64,000 nucleotides of DNA, from contig JBEWZL010000263.1 in the NCBI GenBank assembly GCA_045837725.1, positions 186,001 through 250,000 of the forward strand, given 5' to 3'. The position numbers were made by a program, and so were the translations under genes. The notes beneath the pieces were generated by a model. That model saw nothing but the letters and a program-made list of their open reading frames with translations. It did not search any database and was not told the origin of the DNA. Origin of the DNA: Vermamoeba vermiformis. Taxonomy: Eukaryota. This document shows, piece after piece, positions 25,786 to 37,864 of this stretch (the first letter of the stretch is position 1; each line of letters begins with the position of its first letter).

Positions 25786-26371
25786 TTGTCTGAATAATAG
25801 TAAAAACTTGTCAGTCATATTTAAAAATTATTTTTACTCAATATTGTCGCTCGATAATATCTAGGCACAATAAAAATAGAAGAAATAAAATTTTTCAACC
25901 AATTGGAAAGCAAATCCAAACGTGTGTGGGATCTGCTAGCAGACTCACGATAGCCGTGCACGTCTAGTTCAATACTTACCCGCCGTGTATTGTTATGCGC
26001 GTGTTGATAAGTTGTAGTGAGTGATATTGAAAGTCAATGAGTTAATGAACTTCACGATCGAGTACACGCACAATAATTTTAACACGTGCTTTTTTGTAAG
26101 CAAGAGAATTTACTTCTGTGTTCGTTCGCACGCGACAATGGGGGAGACTATTCGAATCGAAAGCAAATTATGTAAAACCTGTCAATCAATCAAAAAAATT
26201 GATCTCTGCCAACGACAAATTTTTGTTTAAACAAAAGCGCGGATTACAACCCACTAACGTTGCGTTTCCAAAGTTTTAGGGAATAATTAGAGGGAGGTAC
26301 ATAACTTACAGCTCAGAGCACCTACGTGGACGTCAACCGACGCAAAAGAGGATCGCAGGACAAAAAATGAA

Positions 26372-26430
26372 TTCCGATACCGGGAGTCGAACCCGGGGCC
26401 CCTGGGTGAAAACCAGAAATGTTAACCGCC
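26372..26430 (-). pseudogene. 5'-truncated tRNA-Glu(TTC) copy lacking the first 14 nt
   Basis: 59 nt identical to 26698-26756. The 5' acceptor strand and first D-stem strand are replaced by unrelated AT-rich sequence. Confidence 0.9.
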
Positions 26431-26697
26431 ATGATTAAAAACAGTACGCAATCGCCCTATAAAGATTTGTTCATGAACATAACGAATGTCATATATCATC
26501 AATACGAAATTTCAATTGATTCGAATCAAAAAAATAACTCTTTGTATTCGTATCAATTAGATCTGTAATGATTCAAAAATAAATATGATCCGAATGAAAA
26601 TACTGTAATCGCAATATGAATTTTCATCAAAATAAAATCTGAATCACATCTTGCCCTACTAAGATGAATAGAAACAAAAAAGAGATAAAAAAACGAA

Positions 26698-26770
26698 TTC
26701 CGATACCGGGAGTCGAACCCGGGGCCCCTGGGTGAAAACCAGAAATGTTAACCGCCTACACCATATCGGA
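26698..26770 (-). tRNA. tRNA-Glu(TTC)
   Basis: TCCGATATGGTGTAGGCGGTTAACATTTCTGGTTTTCACCCAGGGGCCCCGGGTTCGACTCCCGGTATCGGAA folds as a cloverleaf with anticodon TTC and is followed by a T7 terminator. Confidence 0.95.
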
Positions 26771-26789
26771 TTGGTTGAAGGGCCGTTGC

Positions 26790-27444
26790 GAAGTCACTGG
26801 GGTCACATCTGGGTCACGCTGCACTCATCGCCGTGTCGCAGTTTCCCCCGTGCTGCTCTGTTCCGCTTCTTCCATCGGGACCACTTCATCCCCAAACACC
26901 ATGAGACCTGCTTCACACACAAAGTCGAAAACGACACCATTCACACTGTGTTCCACTGTGTCATCGCGGACCTGGTAGTTTCCGCGGTCAAACCAGTAGA
27001 CGCACTCCTCACTAACTCACCACTACCATGGACGCCTGAGGCGGTTCTACCACTCGCCTTTAGCGGCATCGAATTAATACTCCAAACGCTCAAACTATGG
27101 CTCATTTTCCGCACTGTACACTCGCTCAACTTCACAGGTGAAGGCCTCTCAACCAGCGGGATTGTCTCCGCTTACAAGAAGGAAATCTCAACCACTCTGT
27201 CGGCAATACTGGCTCGTAGGATCGCCTGCACCACCAACACTACTCTGCGCAAGTCGCCTGCCGAACTACCACAGCGCATCAGCGCCACGGTTGCAAAGTT
27301 CATGGACGAATACAACGCGCTGGGAAATCTCACACTCGGTCCTTGTAATTTGATATTGCTAGACTAATAAATTTTCATCTACGGGCTGCTTAGCAGCGCG
27401 GAATTAAAATGAAATGCGCGTCACCGGGTCTTTTATAAAAAAAA
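26790..27444 (+). mobile_element. Probable 5'-truncated non-LTR retrotransposon (ORF2 C-terminal zinc-knuckle region, 3' UTR, short poly(A))
   Basis: Intronless, C-rich frame with no ATG, ending at 27367: WGHIWVTLH...LFRFFH...CFTHKVENDTIHTVFHC...KLWLIFR, resembling the zf-RVT/CCHC end of L1-clade ORF2. AATAAA overlaps the stop and A8 lies at 27437-27444. The left boundary is approximate and no TSD is seen. Confidence 0.6.
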
Positions 27445-27581
27445 GCGTGCTACAGACTGCTTGAATTAACTATCTCATCGATTCTAACGATAGAATATAC
27501 TTTAACTAATGTATTCACCCTTGTCTATTGAATTACTATTTATTACAACTAATGATACATTGAAATTGGTTGTTCGTTGAA

Positions 27582-29744
27582 TTAGAACAAAAGAGCACCG
27601 CAGAAGATAGCGGCGGTAGCAGCAAGTTGAGCGACATTAGCGCTTGATGCGATAGGAGTCTTGGGCTCAACAGGATTGCCAGCGACAGCATTGGAGATGC
27701 TGAAAGCTTGGATCTCGTTGCTAGTAGCTTGCTCAGCGAAGATTGATCTCTTGCTAGTGGGCAAGTTGATTCTGCTCTCGATTTGAATGAAGAACTTGCC
27801 GTTCTTAAGAGTGGCCAAAGGAGCAGCTTGGAATCTGAATCCAGAGTTGATCGAATCTTGGCCGGGAATAGTGTTGTTGATCATCGCGGCGAATTGAGAC
27901 TCGAGAGCACCAAGAGTGAGAGCACCGTTCATGACAAGGCGAGTGATGGGACGAATGTTCCAAGTTTGAGCAGTGCAGCCGTACTGCTGACCATCGGGAT
28001 TGTACACGGGCTTAGTGTCGTCGATAGTGTAGCACAACCACACGTTGTAGATGCTGTTGGCGTAAGTGTTGTTGTCGCGACCAGTCACAATGTCAACAGT
28101 GCTCTTGACGAAGATAGTATCGAGCGAAGTGAAAGCAGTCTTAGGGTCACCATTGAAGCTTTCTGAGCCAAAGAATGAAAGGCTAGTCGGGAGCACGTTG
28201 TTAGAATTGCCGTAGCCGTTGTTGACAGCCAAGTTCAAAGTGAATTGAGCGGCGACAGTGACAGTGGCTCTCTTGCCAGCACCATCAGTGCGAGTGAATT
28301 GAATGGAGTAAGCACCGGAGTAGTTAGGCTGAGGAGATGAGGTCTTGAAGGTCCAAGTTTGTTGAATAGCAGCCGCAGGGTTGTTGGTAGAGGCCAAAGT
28401 GACGGAGGGAGGTTGAGCATTGACGGTGGGTGCAGACAAGCTGGAGCCAGCGATGAAAGTGTTGGTGGCCATAGTCAGCGCGAGATTCCCATCAGTATCG
28501 ATGTTCAATGAATTGATCGAGAAGCCGAAGATGTTGCTATCAGTGCCAGATGAGATCGAAGTCGAGGAGACTGAGAATGACACGAAGAACGGCACGGTGA
28601 ATTGAGTGGTCAAGAAGCCAGCAGCAGCGTTCAAAGGATCGACGGCCTTGACAGCAGTGACGTACAAAGTACCGTTGTATTGAATAGTGTCGCCAACAAT
28701 CGCGCGAACGATCGAGCTGTCACCAGTGCTGTTCTTGCAGTTCAAAAGGTCTTGGAAGGAGAAGCCAGGAGTAGTGTAGTTGACCTTGCTGCAGCCACTA
28801 GGACTGACAGTCCAGTCGGCAGTGCTATAGATAACCGGCGTTAATTAAGCGGTCGATATTTGATTAAATAATCTCCAAAAAAATAATTATCCCGCCGCTG
28901 CAATATTACTAAATAAGGAAAATTTGTCCGCTCGAGTAACTTACGCAGCATCACCAAGACGGTAAGCCAAGAAGTTTTCGCTGTTAAGGGCATCAGGGTA
29001 ATCAGCAGCGGGAGCGGCGTTCCAAAAAGCAGCAAAGTCGCGGTTGTCGAGGTCAGATTTAACTCTGTTCTCGCAGTTAGTAGCAGCCAAACCATTGGCA
29101 CCCTTAGTGATGTCGCCAGTGAAAGGAGCGAAGTCGATAACCCAAGTGTAGCCTTGGAGCAAGTACTGCGCGATGACGGTGAAGTGGAATTTCTGTTCGT
29201 TGTTATCGTATTCGATGGTGATCTCGGGTTGAGGAGGAGTGACGGTGGAAGTACCAACGGGGTCGAAGATGTCAGCGCAAGTGTCATCGGAGGGCAATCT
29301 GTCACCAACTGAATAACGATTTCGCCGTTAGTAATTTTATTTAAAATGCAATCGAATTCTCTTACCCTTCAATTCGTGGCTGCTGTAAACTGTTTCGGCG
29401 TTGTTATTGCTCTTGTCAACAACCTTCAAGTTGACAGTGATGTTGTAGTTGTCAGGAATAGTGAGCAAAGTGAGCTTTTGATCGACTTGGTTGGTAACAG
29501 CAGGAGTGGCAAGAGGAGTCCAATCCAAGACTTGAGTCTCACCGGCAGCAATACCGGCAGAGTATAAAATGTCGTAGTTCGAGAGAGGTGTCAGATCTGC
29601 CAAGTTGATGTTGAAGGACAGTACGTGACCGGAGGTTTGACGACTGATGCGCGAGACGTAGCCGTGTTCGATTGAGGGCACGGCGCTAGCGACTGCCAAT
29701 ACGGCCAGTAAGAATAAGGCAAATGAGCGAATAGAGCGAGCCAT
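27582..29744 (-). CDS. Secreted, probably GPI-anchored beta-rich surface glycoprotein
   Basis: Signal MARSIRSFALFLLAVLAVASA. Three exons (ORFs 29337, 28941, 27582). Many N-x-S/T sites, a KRS basic site, and a tail SSANVAQLAATAAIFCGALLF. Strongly biased codons suggest high expression. Confidence 0.8.
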
Positions 29745-31170
29745 ATTGATCAATAATAAGAATTGCTACTTATTGATCAGCTGTTGTTTGTTGTTTGTTT
29801 GTTGAAAGAAAATGATCGAAACAAACCGCTATTTATCTTCGAGCGATTTCGTAACGAGGAAAAATTCTTGCAAAGTATACAGCGGAATATCACCCGTTTA
29901 ATTATTGATTCATGAACGAAACGCGGAACAATGCAAAAAAGTCTTTTTACAGTCACTATTCATGAAAAAGCCAGAAGATAATCACTATATTTAGTCATCG
30001 GAGTAACCCCACAGCGGAACTATTTGTAAAATCTACAAGTCAATCGAGATACTGATTTCTGCACGTGCCTGTAGCGCTCCTCCGTACTTCATATATCTAT
30101 TATTAACAGCCCATATTATACAGCAATTGTAGAATACGAAGTGAGTATAAACGTAGCGATAACTAACGAATGAATAGAATTTGTTCGAGTTACCGGCAAG
30201 CAAGCAAGTGTCAACGGAATAATTTGGAAAATGACCGCAAGGCCTGGAGTACTCAATTTCGAAGGTTTTAAAATACCAAGGATAATCATCCTAATTCTAT
30301 GCGGAATGTAGGACTTACCTGGACAAGTAAATTCGCGAAATGGTCAAAGTGACAATTTATCTTCGAAGGCGTCTACTGCTAAAGCCAACGCACGAGCATA
30401 ACCTATCATTTAGTGCTTAGTATTACTCCTTAATTGCTATTAACTGTTAATGCAAACGCTTAGTAACACATCCGCTGCGCACAACTGAAAATTTACGACT
30501 TGTCTCGATGCATTGAGATTTAATTAACGCAGATATTCCGCGAGCAATCAAATTGCAATGCCAACCGATAAATGTTGCATTCTTACCATTTGCGAGCAGT
30601 CCGAGTATTAACTGGCAGTGTCTATCTACAACCGCACTACAAGATGCGCAGCCATCGCGGCTCACTCTACCTACTAAGTTATACTCAGTATGTCGCATCA
30701 TTAAATTATCAGCTATACTTTGAGAAATCACTTTTCAAGCGGCAGTTGCAGACAACAAAATTATTTTTCTGAATATTCGTTTGTTAAAAGTTCTTGAACG
30801 GATTGCTTGCGTAATATTGATATAATATTTATTTATTTTATTTGTATTTATAATGGGTGCCAAAAAAAAATGATAATGCTTACCGCACAGATGGAGTGAA
30901 AATGCTAACTTGGTAAGTTCCCAGTAAGGGTGTTGCCTGGCTCACACCGCAGCACGGTGTCGATAGCATAGTCATAATTATTAGTGTGCACGAAAAGAAG
31001 AGACGTGAATTATGGAAAACAATTTCCTTTTATTTTTTTGTTTGCATAATCTAATAGCTAAATGAGTAATGAAGAATTGATGCTTAGTTCGCAGAGCATC
31101 GTAAGTGAACTAGGCACCAATATTATTTTTGGTGGAAGTTGTAAAAAACCAAATTGAGTGTCCATCTGAC

Positions 31171-33755
31171 TTAGAGCTTGTCGAGGTACTTGTCCAGCGA
31201 AGGCAACTGTTGAGGCATGCCCTTTCGCTTGCGGATCGCCATCACCGTGTTGTAGGCCAAGGTGCCCTCAGTGAGCGGGTCACCTTCGATCGGTTTCCAG
31301 TGATCGAACACAAGTTGAGGGAACGCTCGACCAGAAGTATTCGAGGCCAACTCTTGCATGAAGCCGAAGCTCTCCATGACCGGCAAGTAAGCCTTGACGA
31401 CCACAATGGGGGAAGTGCCCTTCTGCTCTTCAGCGAACACGAAGCCGCGTCGCTTGGAGAGGACGGAATAGATAGGACCCATCGCGTCACGAGTCGTTTG
31501 GATCTCAGCCAAGTAGATCGGCTCGACCAAGACTGGCTTAGCTGTCAGTTGAGCAGCACCGAGCACTCGTTTCGTAGCGGGAGCGACTTGACCACTGCCT
31601 CTGTGCGCAGGATCTGCGTGCACCACAACGTCTTGCAGATTGAATCTGACACCACGAAGAGGTTCACCACAGAGCACACCTTGAGAAGTAGCCTCAACGA
31701 AACCGAGCTTGACGCTATCCTTGATCTCGTGCAAGTACTGAGCACCGTGAGTTTCATCGACGAAGATGTTGGAACCAGCTGTTTCAGAGCCTTCAGGACC
31801 AAAGAACCAGATCTTCTTGGCAGTGAAAGAGTCGAAGAAACCGTGCTTCTCGGAGAGAATGCGAACGCGCTCCTTGTGGTCGTAGACAGGCAAATTGTCG
31901 CCTTCGAGGACCTTGAGAAGATCGTCGCCCAAAGGTTCGGCAACTGCGTACAGTCTGTTGTGCTTGTTCTGTGACTTGGCCATGCACTGCATCGAAGAGG
32001 GAGCTGAGATGCTTTCCATGAAGTTGACTACTGGAGTGGACGTAGTGAACTCGACACCATTCAAGAAGGTCTTCAATTCAGACAAGAGAACTTCAAGGTG
32101 CAATTCTCCTGCGGCACCAAGGACGTGCTCACCAGTGCTTTCTTCTACCGTGACCTTGACGCATTGATCTGCGTTGGAGAGACGACGAAGAGCATCGACG
32201 AACTTGGGAAGATCTTGAGGTCTCTTGGGCTCAACAGCGACGCGTACGACTGGACTAACAGAGAACTTCATCGGGGCAATAGGGTAAGCAGTCGGAAGCG
32301 TAGACAGAGTACCTGATTTGCGCAAGTACTTGTCGATACCAACAACGGCCACAGTATTACCGCAAGGGCAAGAGTCAACTGTCTCGACGTTCTGGACCAT
32401 CATGAGCACCAAACGGTTGATGCGCTTGAGAGATGATTCCTTCTCCACCTTGCCACCGAGCGTGTCAGGGTGTTGATAGTCAGAATTCATCACGAGCACC
32501 TTGTCGCCAGATCTGAGAGTGCCAGAGAAGACACGACCAAAAGCGTAGAAACTCTTGTTGTCTTCAGCTTCGACCATCTTACTGACGAACATCATCGCAG
32601 GACCGTTAGGATTGCACTCGCGAATAGCAACGCCAGCTTCATCATCCAAAGGACCAGTGTAGAGCACTTCAGCGCGGTATCTTTGAGCTTCGCGCGGGCT
32701 AGGCAGACGAGTGATGATCATCTCAGAAAGAGCGTCAGCAGCAAAGAGGAACTTCTGCATGACACAAGAGAGGAGATCGTTGCCCATGTACTCTTTCTCC
32801 TTAGTAGAAAGCTTGATGTTCAGCTTGGTGAGGACATTCTCGAGCTCGGCAGTGTTGTTTTCGCTGATAGAACTGAAGATCTTGTAGATTGGCTCCAATA
32901 CTACCTTGCAGAAGAATCGTTCGAGCGGTTTGCCTGATTGCGAAAACGGCTTGTCGGTGAAGCGCTTAGTCTCATCGTCGTAGAAGTGGTCTCCCCAAAG
33001 TCTGTTCAAGATCTTCTCTGGGTCGACGTTTCTCTTCTTGGCGTACATTCGAGCGAACTGAGGAAGGGTGAACGCCCAACCTTGTTTGCCCGAACCAAAA
33101 GACACGTTGCCTTTGCGCGGATCGAGTTCGATGCTTCCCATGGCCTCATCTTCATAAGTCGAGAGAATGATGTTGACGTTTTGAATCTCCTTGTCGAGCT
33201 TACGGTACAAGTCTTCAGGCGAAAGTTTCAACTCCATAATGCCTCTGTCGACCTTGTTGACGTGCAGGACTGGTCGGATTCGCTCAGCGATAGCTTGGCG
33301 AGTGACAGTCTCAGTTTGGACGCATACTCCTTCGACGCAATCGACGACTACTAGCGCACCATCGGTAATTCGAAGAGCGGCAGTGACTTCAGAGCTAAAG
33401 TCGACGTGGCCAGGGCTATCTACCAAGTTGACCAAGAAACGGTCTTTTTCGTGATCGAAAAGGAGGGAAACTCCAGTTGACTTGATAGTGACGCCACGTG
33501 CCTTTTCTTCTTCCTTGGTGTCCATACCTCGCTTTTTGCCGATATCTTCTCGTCTAATAAGGCCTAAAATAGAGATTGGGGTCAATATTATTTGAAAAAT
33601 TCAAATTTGAAAAATTATTTACCTGCTCCAGCGAGGAGGGAATCAACCAAGGTTGTTTTGCCGTGGTCTACGTGCGCGATGACCGAAATGTTTCGGATTT
33701 TGTCTTGCTCGTGCATGAGCTTTAATACCTCAGCGGTATTGTCGTTTCGTTTCAT
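31171..33755 (-). CDS. Elongation factor 2 (eEF2)-like GTPase, divergent
   Basis: [81 protein letters not shown] and YLDKL. One intron at about 33563-33622. Confidence 0.93.
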
Positions 33756-34875
33756 AGATTTGCTTGTTTGTTTTACGGTGTTGTTGATTGTAGGGTGCTC
33801 CACTGGGTTGTTGAGTGGAACGAGTTGGTTGTTGTTGTTGAAGTTAATGGTAGTTGATGCGGACGGTAAGAGTAAGAGGAAGAGGAAGAGTCGGATTCAC
33901 CACCGGATTCTTCCATGGATAACCTCGTAATAATAAACTCTTTTTTAAATGCTGTGTGAGGGGGGCGTAAAACCCTTAGCAAATGTGTTATACAAAAGAT
34001 AAGATGAAAAATAAAGTGCGTGCAACAGCTCTTTTATTTTTTCAGCTTGAGAAACGCACAAGAATGGCGAAACCCAACAAAATTGTAAGAACGGACGGGG
34101 GAGGTTTTAGCTGAATTACCCCCCTCGCCATTTCTGCTCCATATCGCTAGTAACACAAGGCGAGACCTTCCAATCGCGCCTGTCACCGCCAGAACTTCTA
34201 TCGTTTTGCACCTCACACCTCTCGTACTTTCGTCCTATCCTATGCAGCATCATTCAAATGGGAGCGCGTAGTAAAGCAATTAGCGAGGTACTGATTCCTC
34301 AAAGGTACTTAAATGACACGCAAGTAATTAGTAATTAATTTTAATTGCTAAATCGATTAATCGGGTATAATAAATTTACGCAGCTGCCAAATCTCTGGTT
34401 GAGGGAGTTTGGTGGCTTCAGATTTGTGTATTTTATTATCTGAATTGCTAATTCAATTATTCAATTATTTCGTAACATAAGTTATTATTCTCAATTTTGT
34501 TATTAATTATTTTCGTTATTACAATTTTTATTTGAAAGGGAATATTCCGGATACACAAAAACGGATAATTTTTCGGCGTTTGTTTGCTTGCTCGCACCAC
34601 CAAAGTTGTACAAGTACAAAGCATACAACTTTTTATTAAAGGGCAGGGTACTGGCTAAAGAACCCGTGTACTAACAACTTTTTGCGGCCGCGCGAATGCC
34701 GCTGTCACCACTTGACACGCACTTTGTTCCGCCTTTTAATTCTACTAATTAGCAAGGCCCTGGTCGATGGAAGGCATAAAAGAGGGCGTTCGCAGCAGTA
34801 ATTCTTCATCTTTTACATAACTCGACGAGACACTACACTACTCTTACTCTCACTACATCCACACCACCATTAACA

Positions 34876-35100
34876 ATGAACGGCTCACCGTGTATACACT
34901 GCGACGGAGGCATGGGCAAGATGGGTCGCCCTTCAAGTGGTCGCTGCAAGTTCTGTCATGGTAGTGGCAGATTCGGCCACCGTGCTACGCTTGATTGCAT
35001 TCACTGCAAAGGAACTGGTCAATGCCGTTATTGCAATGGCTCTGGTACGCACGTTTATGATCCAAACGCGCCTCCTCCTCAGTGCTGCATCATTTTGTAA
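34876..35100 (+). CDS. 74-aa DnaJ-type CxxCxGxG zinc-finger protein with a CaaX box
   Basis: Four repeats (CIHCDGGMG, CKFCHGSG, CIHCKGTG, CRYCNGSG) and a C-terminus CCIIL. ATG in A-rich context, AATAAA downstream. Confidence 0.8.
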   Translation: MNGSPCIHCDGGMGKMGRPSSGRCKFCHGSGRFGHRATLDCIHCKGTGQCRYCNGSGTHVYDPNAPPPQCCIIL

Positions 35101-35353
35101 TTCGAGTCGCATTGCGTGATCTAGCTGCTGTCATTTCTCAGTAAAATAAATGTACATTTAATTTCGTAGAATTATAAAATACTCTAGGGTGCCAACGTAA
35201 TGCACAAAGTACTATTTGGACTTGTTTGCAGCTAGAGGCCTCTTATTTCGTTAGCCCGCTCAAATTTTTAAATTCAGATCTTAGTGTGTCAACAACCAGT
35301 GATGCTCTTATATATTTTGCTGCAAACATTACATCAATAAGAGTCGTTTATTA

Positions 35354-37864
35354 ATGGATTCATTCTCTCAGTTCGTTTATGGACGATTGGCGGCACGATC
35401 TGGTAAGTCAAGTCTAATGCATAACAAAATTCGAAAAATCTATTTATTAAATATTATAAACATTGGTAGTTTTGTTATACGATAAAATAATATCAATAGA
35501 CTGCAGCAACGAGAAGATTTTATTTTGATTTTTTAATTTTACTACAGAAAATGGGCGCTGGGTCAGTTATGTCGCGAATGAGCGAGGCACAGAGCTTCAA
35601 ATAATATCGTATAAATCATTAAAAGTATCAGCACGTTTCGATTTTTCTTCTTTTCGAATCAATGCAACGAAGAGCGATCGCAATCCAAAATTCAAAAATC
35701 AAGTAGCAACCCCAAAATCAAAGAATGCACGAGGCGGCGAGATAATTAGACAATTAGTGTGGAGTGGACGCGTGTGCTGGATTAGAACTCAGAGCGGCAA
35801 TTTATTCATCGTGTACATTGAGCAAACGGCGGCGTGTTTGGAGTGGGTCTTGATGCCCATTAAATCAAATGCAACGACTATGGACTGCGCGGACCCGTTC
35901 GTAACACCTTTGCCTTGCTCTCACGTGTCACGGCTGCCGAATGGTTACATATTTGAGTTCTCAGACCACCAAGTCTACGGTGCTATTCGAAACCCTTCAG
36001 CAGCACCGCTGTTCTTCAAGAATATCAAAGGACCTAAAAGTAAGGTTATTATAGTCCGCTGAATCGTACTAACATATGATGCTACAGCGGTGTCTCTAAG
36101 TCCTGACGAGAAATACTTGGCCATTGGTACACGAACAGACTGCGTTGATTTTATTTCAATTTTGAATTGCAGATCTTGGAACGTGTTATTGGTAAGTAGT
36201 TTATTTGTAGACGAACAGGTCCTTAACAACGCGCTTTCTTTAGACGTTCGAAGTGCCGACTCGAGATCTGCATGCAATTCATTGGATCCCGGACAAATCA
36301 GCCCTTGTTGTAGTGGATACTCCATTGGCCGTGAGTTCATAGTATACTTATAGCGTCGTGCACGTGTTTATGTAACTCGTATTTAGGGCCAATCGTTTGT
36401 CTATCGCCTCGACGGACATCTTAAGTACATTATCAATCAACACGAAGACGGAATGAATATTAAGAGCTTAGCGATGTCAACGAGACCCAGCCCAGAGTCT
36501 ATTTTGAGACAGCATTTGGTAGCTATCGGAAATTACGATCAGAACGTAAGCATTGCCAAGGACCTCAATCAATTGCGAGTACTTATGATGATTGATAGGT
36601 GCGATTGTATAATCCATTCACTGGCGGAATTGTTGGCAAACTCTGTCACGCATCTGTTCTGCGAAAAAATGCGTCTTTGGTACGTTCACTTACTTTCTTT
36701 AAGTGAATGGTTGCAGGAATATTGATACTTATATTTAGACTGTTTATACTGAATCAGAGGTCGTAGAAAGTATAGATCTCAAAACGAAAGGCTTTAGAGT
36801 TTGCAAGCATCGCAAATGTGAGTCTGTTTTCCACGCCTAATATTATTATAATTGTACATCCAACTAATAATATGATAGACAATGTCGACGAGAGCGAAGT
36901 GATACACGTTCCTACTCTAACAATAGACTACAATAACAACGAACCCGGCGCCATTCCCGCAGTGGGCGTAAGTTTCGTTGCATTCTGTCCTGCGGGCAAA
37001 CTCTTAGCGACAAAGAATGGTACGTGATATCCATATTAGTACTCGGGTAGTGATTAATAAGTTGCATTACAGATAATATGCCAAACGTGGTTTGGATCTG
37101 GGACGTATCGAGTTTGTACAGTCGCGAGGTAACTTTTCGCGAGTTTACGGAAGACAATTGCCCTTCTATATCACCAATGGTCGTATTGATTCATAAAGAA
37201 GGTAAAATTTATTTGAATGAACGTCGACACGGTTCACAAAAAATGATTTATTAATGTGTAACCTAGCGGTATCCGATCTGACTTGGGAGATTAAGGAAAA
37301 GCCAGAAGATGGACAAACACCCGTTATGAATAGTACTCTCGATGAAGAGAAGAAGAGGTATCGTCTGGCAATTGCAACAGGATCCAATTCGCTCTATCTT
37401 TGGTGCGATCTTGGTGCTTCGGCAATTAATTTGTCAACCGACTCATCGGGTACGTAATATTCGATGATATGACAATAGGAGATCTCATCTGATATTTTCG
37501 ATTTGCAGAGAAGTTTTCGGTACACAAACTCGTTTGGACAACACCACAAACGATCCTGCTGAAAGATCAGAATAAGTTCTGCTTGGCTTATCCTCCCGAG
37601 CTAGTTGAAGAGGATACTGCTAGTATTAACGGTAGTATAATAGAACAGAGTTCTTCGAGACCCTACGATGACGATCCGGATCACGTGGGTGATTACAAGC
37701 CGAATGTAGAGGACAGCTTTGATAATTCTCCGATGAAAGAACATTACTATGATGGCGACAGTATCATAGACCAGTCTATTGGAGACTACGACGGAGATAA
37801 CTTTGACGGAGATGTGATCGACCAGTCCAACATCGACGATTTTGATGGCGGAGATGAGGAATAA
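35354..37864 (+). CDS. WD40-repeat protein, WRAP73/WDR8-like, with an acidic tail
   Basis: SLSPDEKYLAI, VAIGNYDQNVRL and FCPAGKLLATKNDNMPNVVWIWD (characteristic of WRAP73), plus LAIATGSNSLYLW. Many short introns. Confidence 0.72.

Noticed and set aside
25971-25985. ATACTTACC resembling the 5' end of U1 snRNA
   Set aside because: No U1 stem-loops or Sm site follow. It is better read as a minus-strand donor (GGTAAGTAT) of a 5'-UTR intron of the ARM-MYND gene.
26732-26770. Start of the 211-aa ORF 26732-27367 as a normal gene
   Set aside because: The GTG start lies inside the antisense tRNA-Glu. Only the downstream part looks coding, and it is treated as a retroelement fragment.
30312-30325. 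ACTTACCTGG, another U1-like start
   Set aside because: No GATCA loop or U1 structure downstream; a chance match or an antisense splice donor.
31129-33454. Long plus-strand ORFs antisense to EF-2 (also those opposite 27582-29744 and 59144-61807)
   Set aside because: Typical shadow ORFs of codon-biased genes, with no recognisable motifs.
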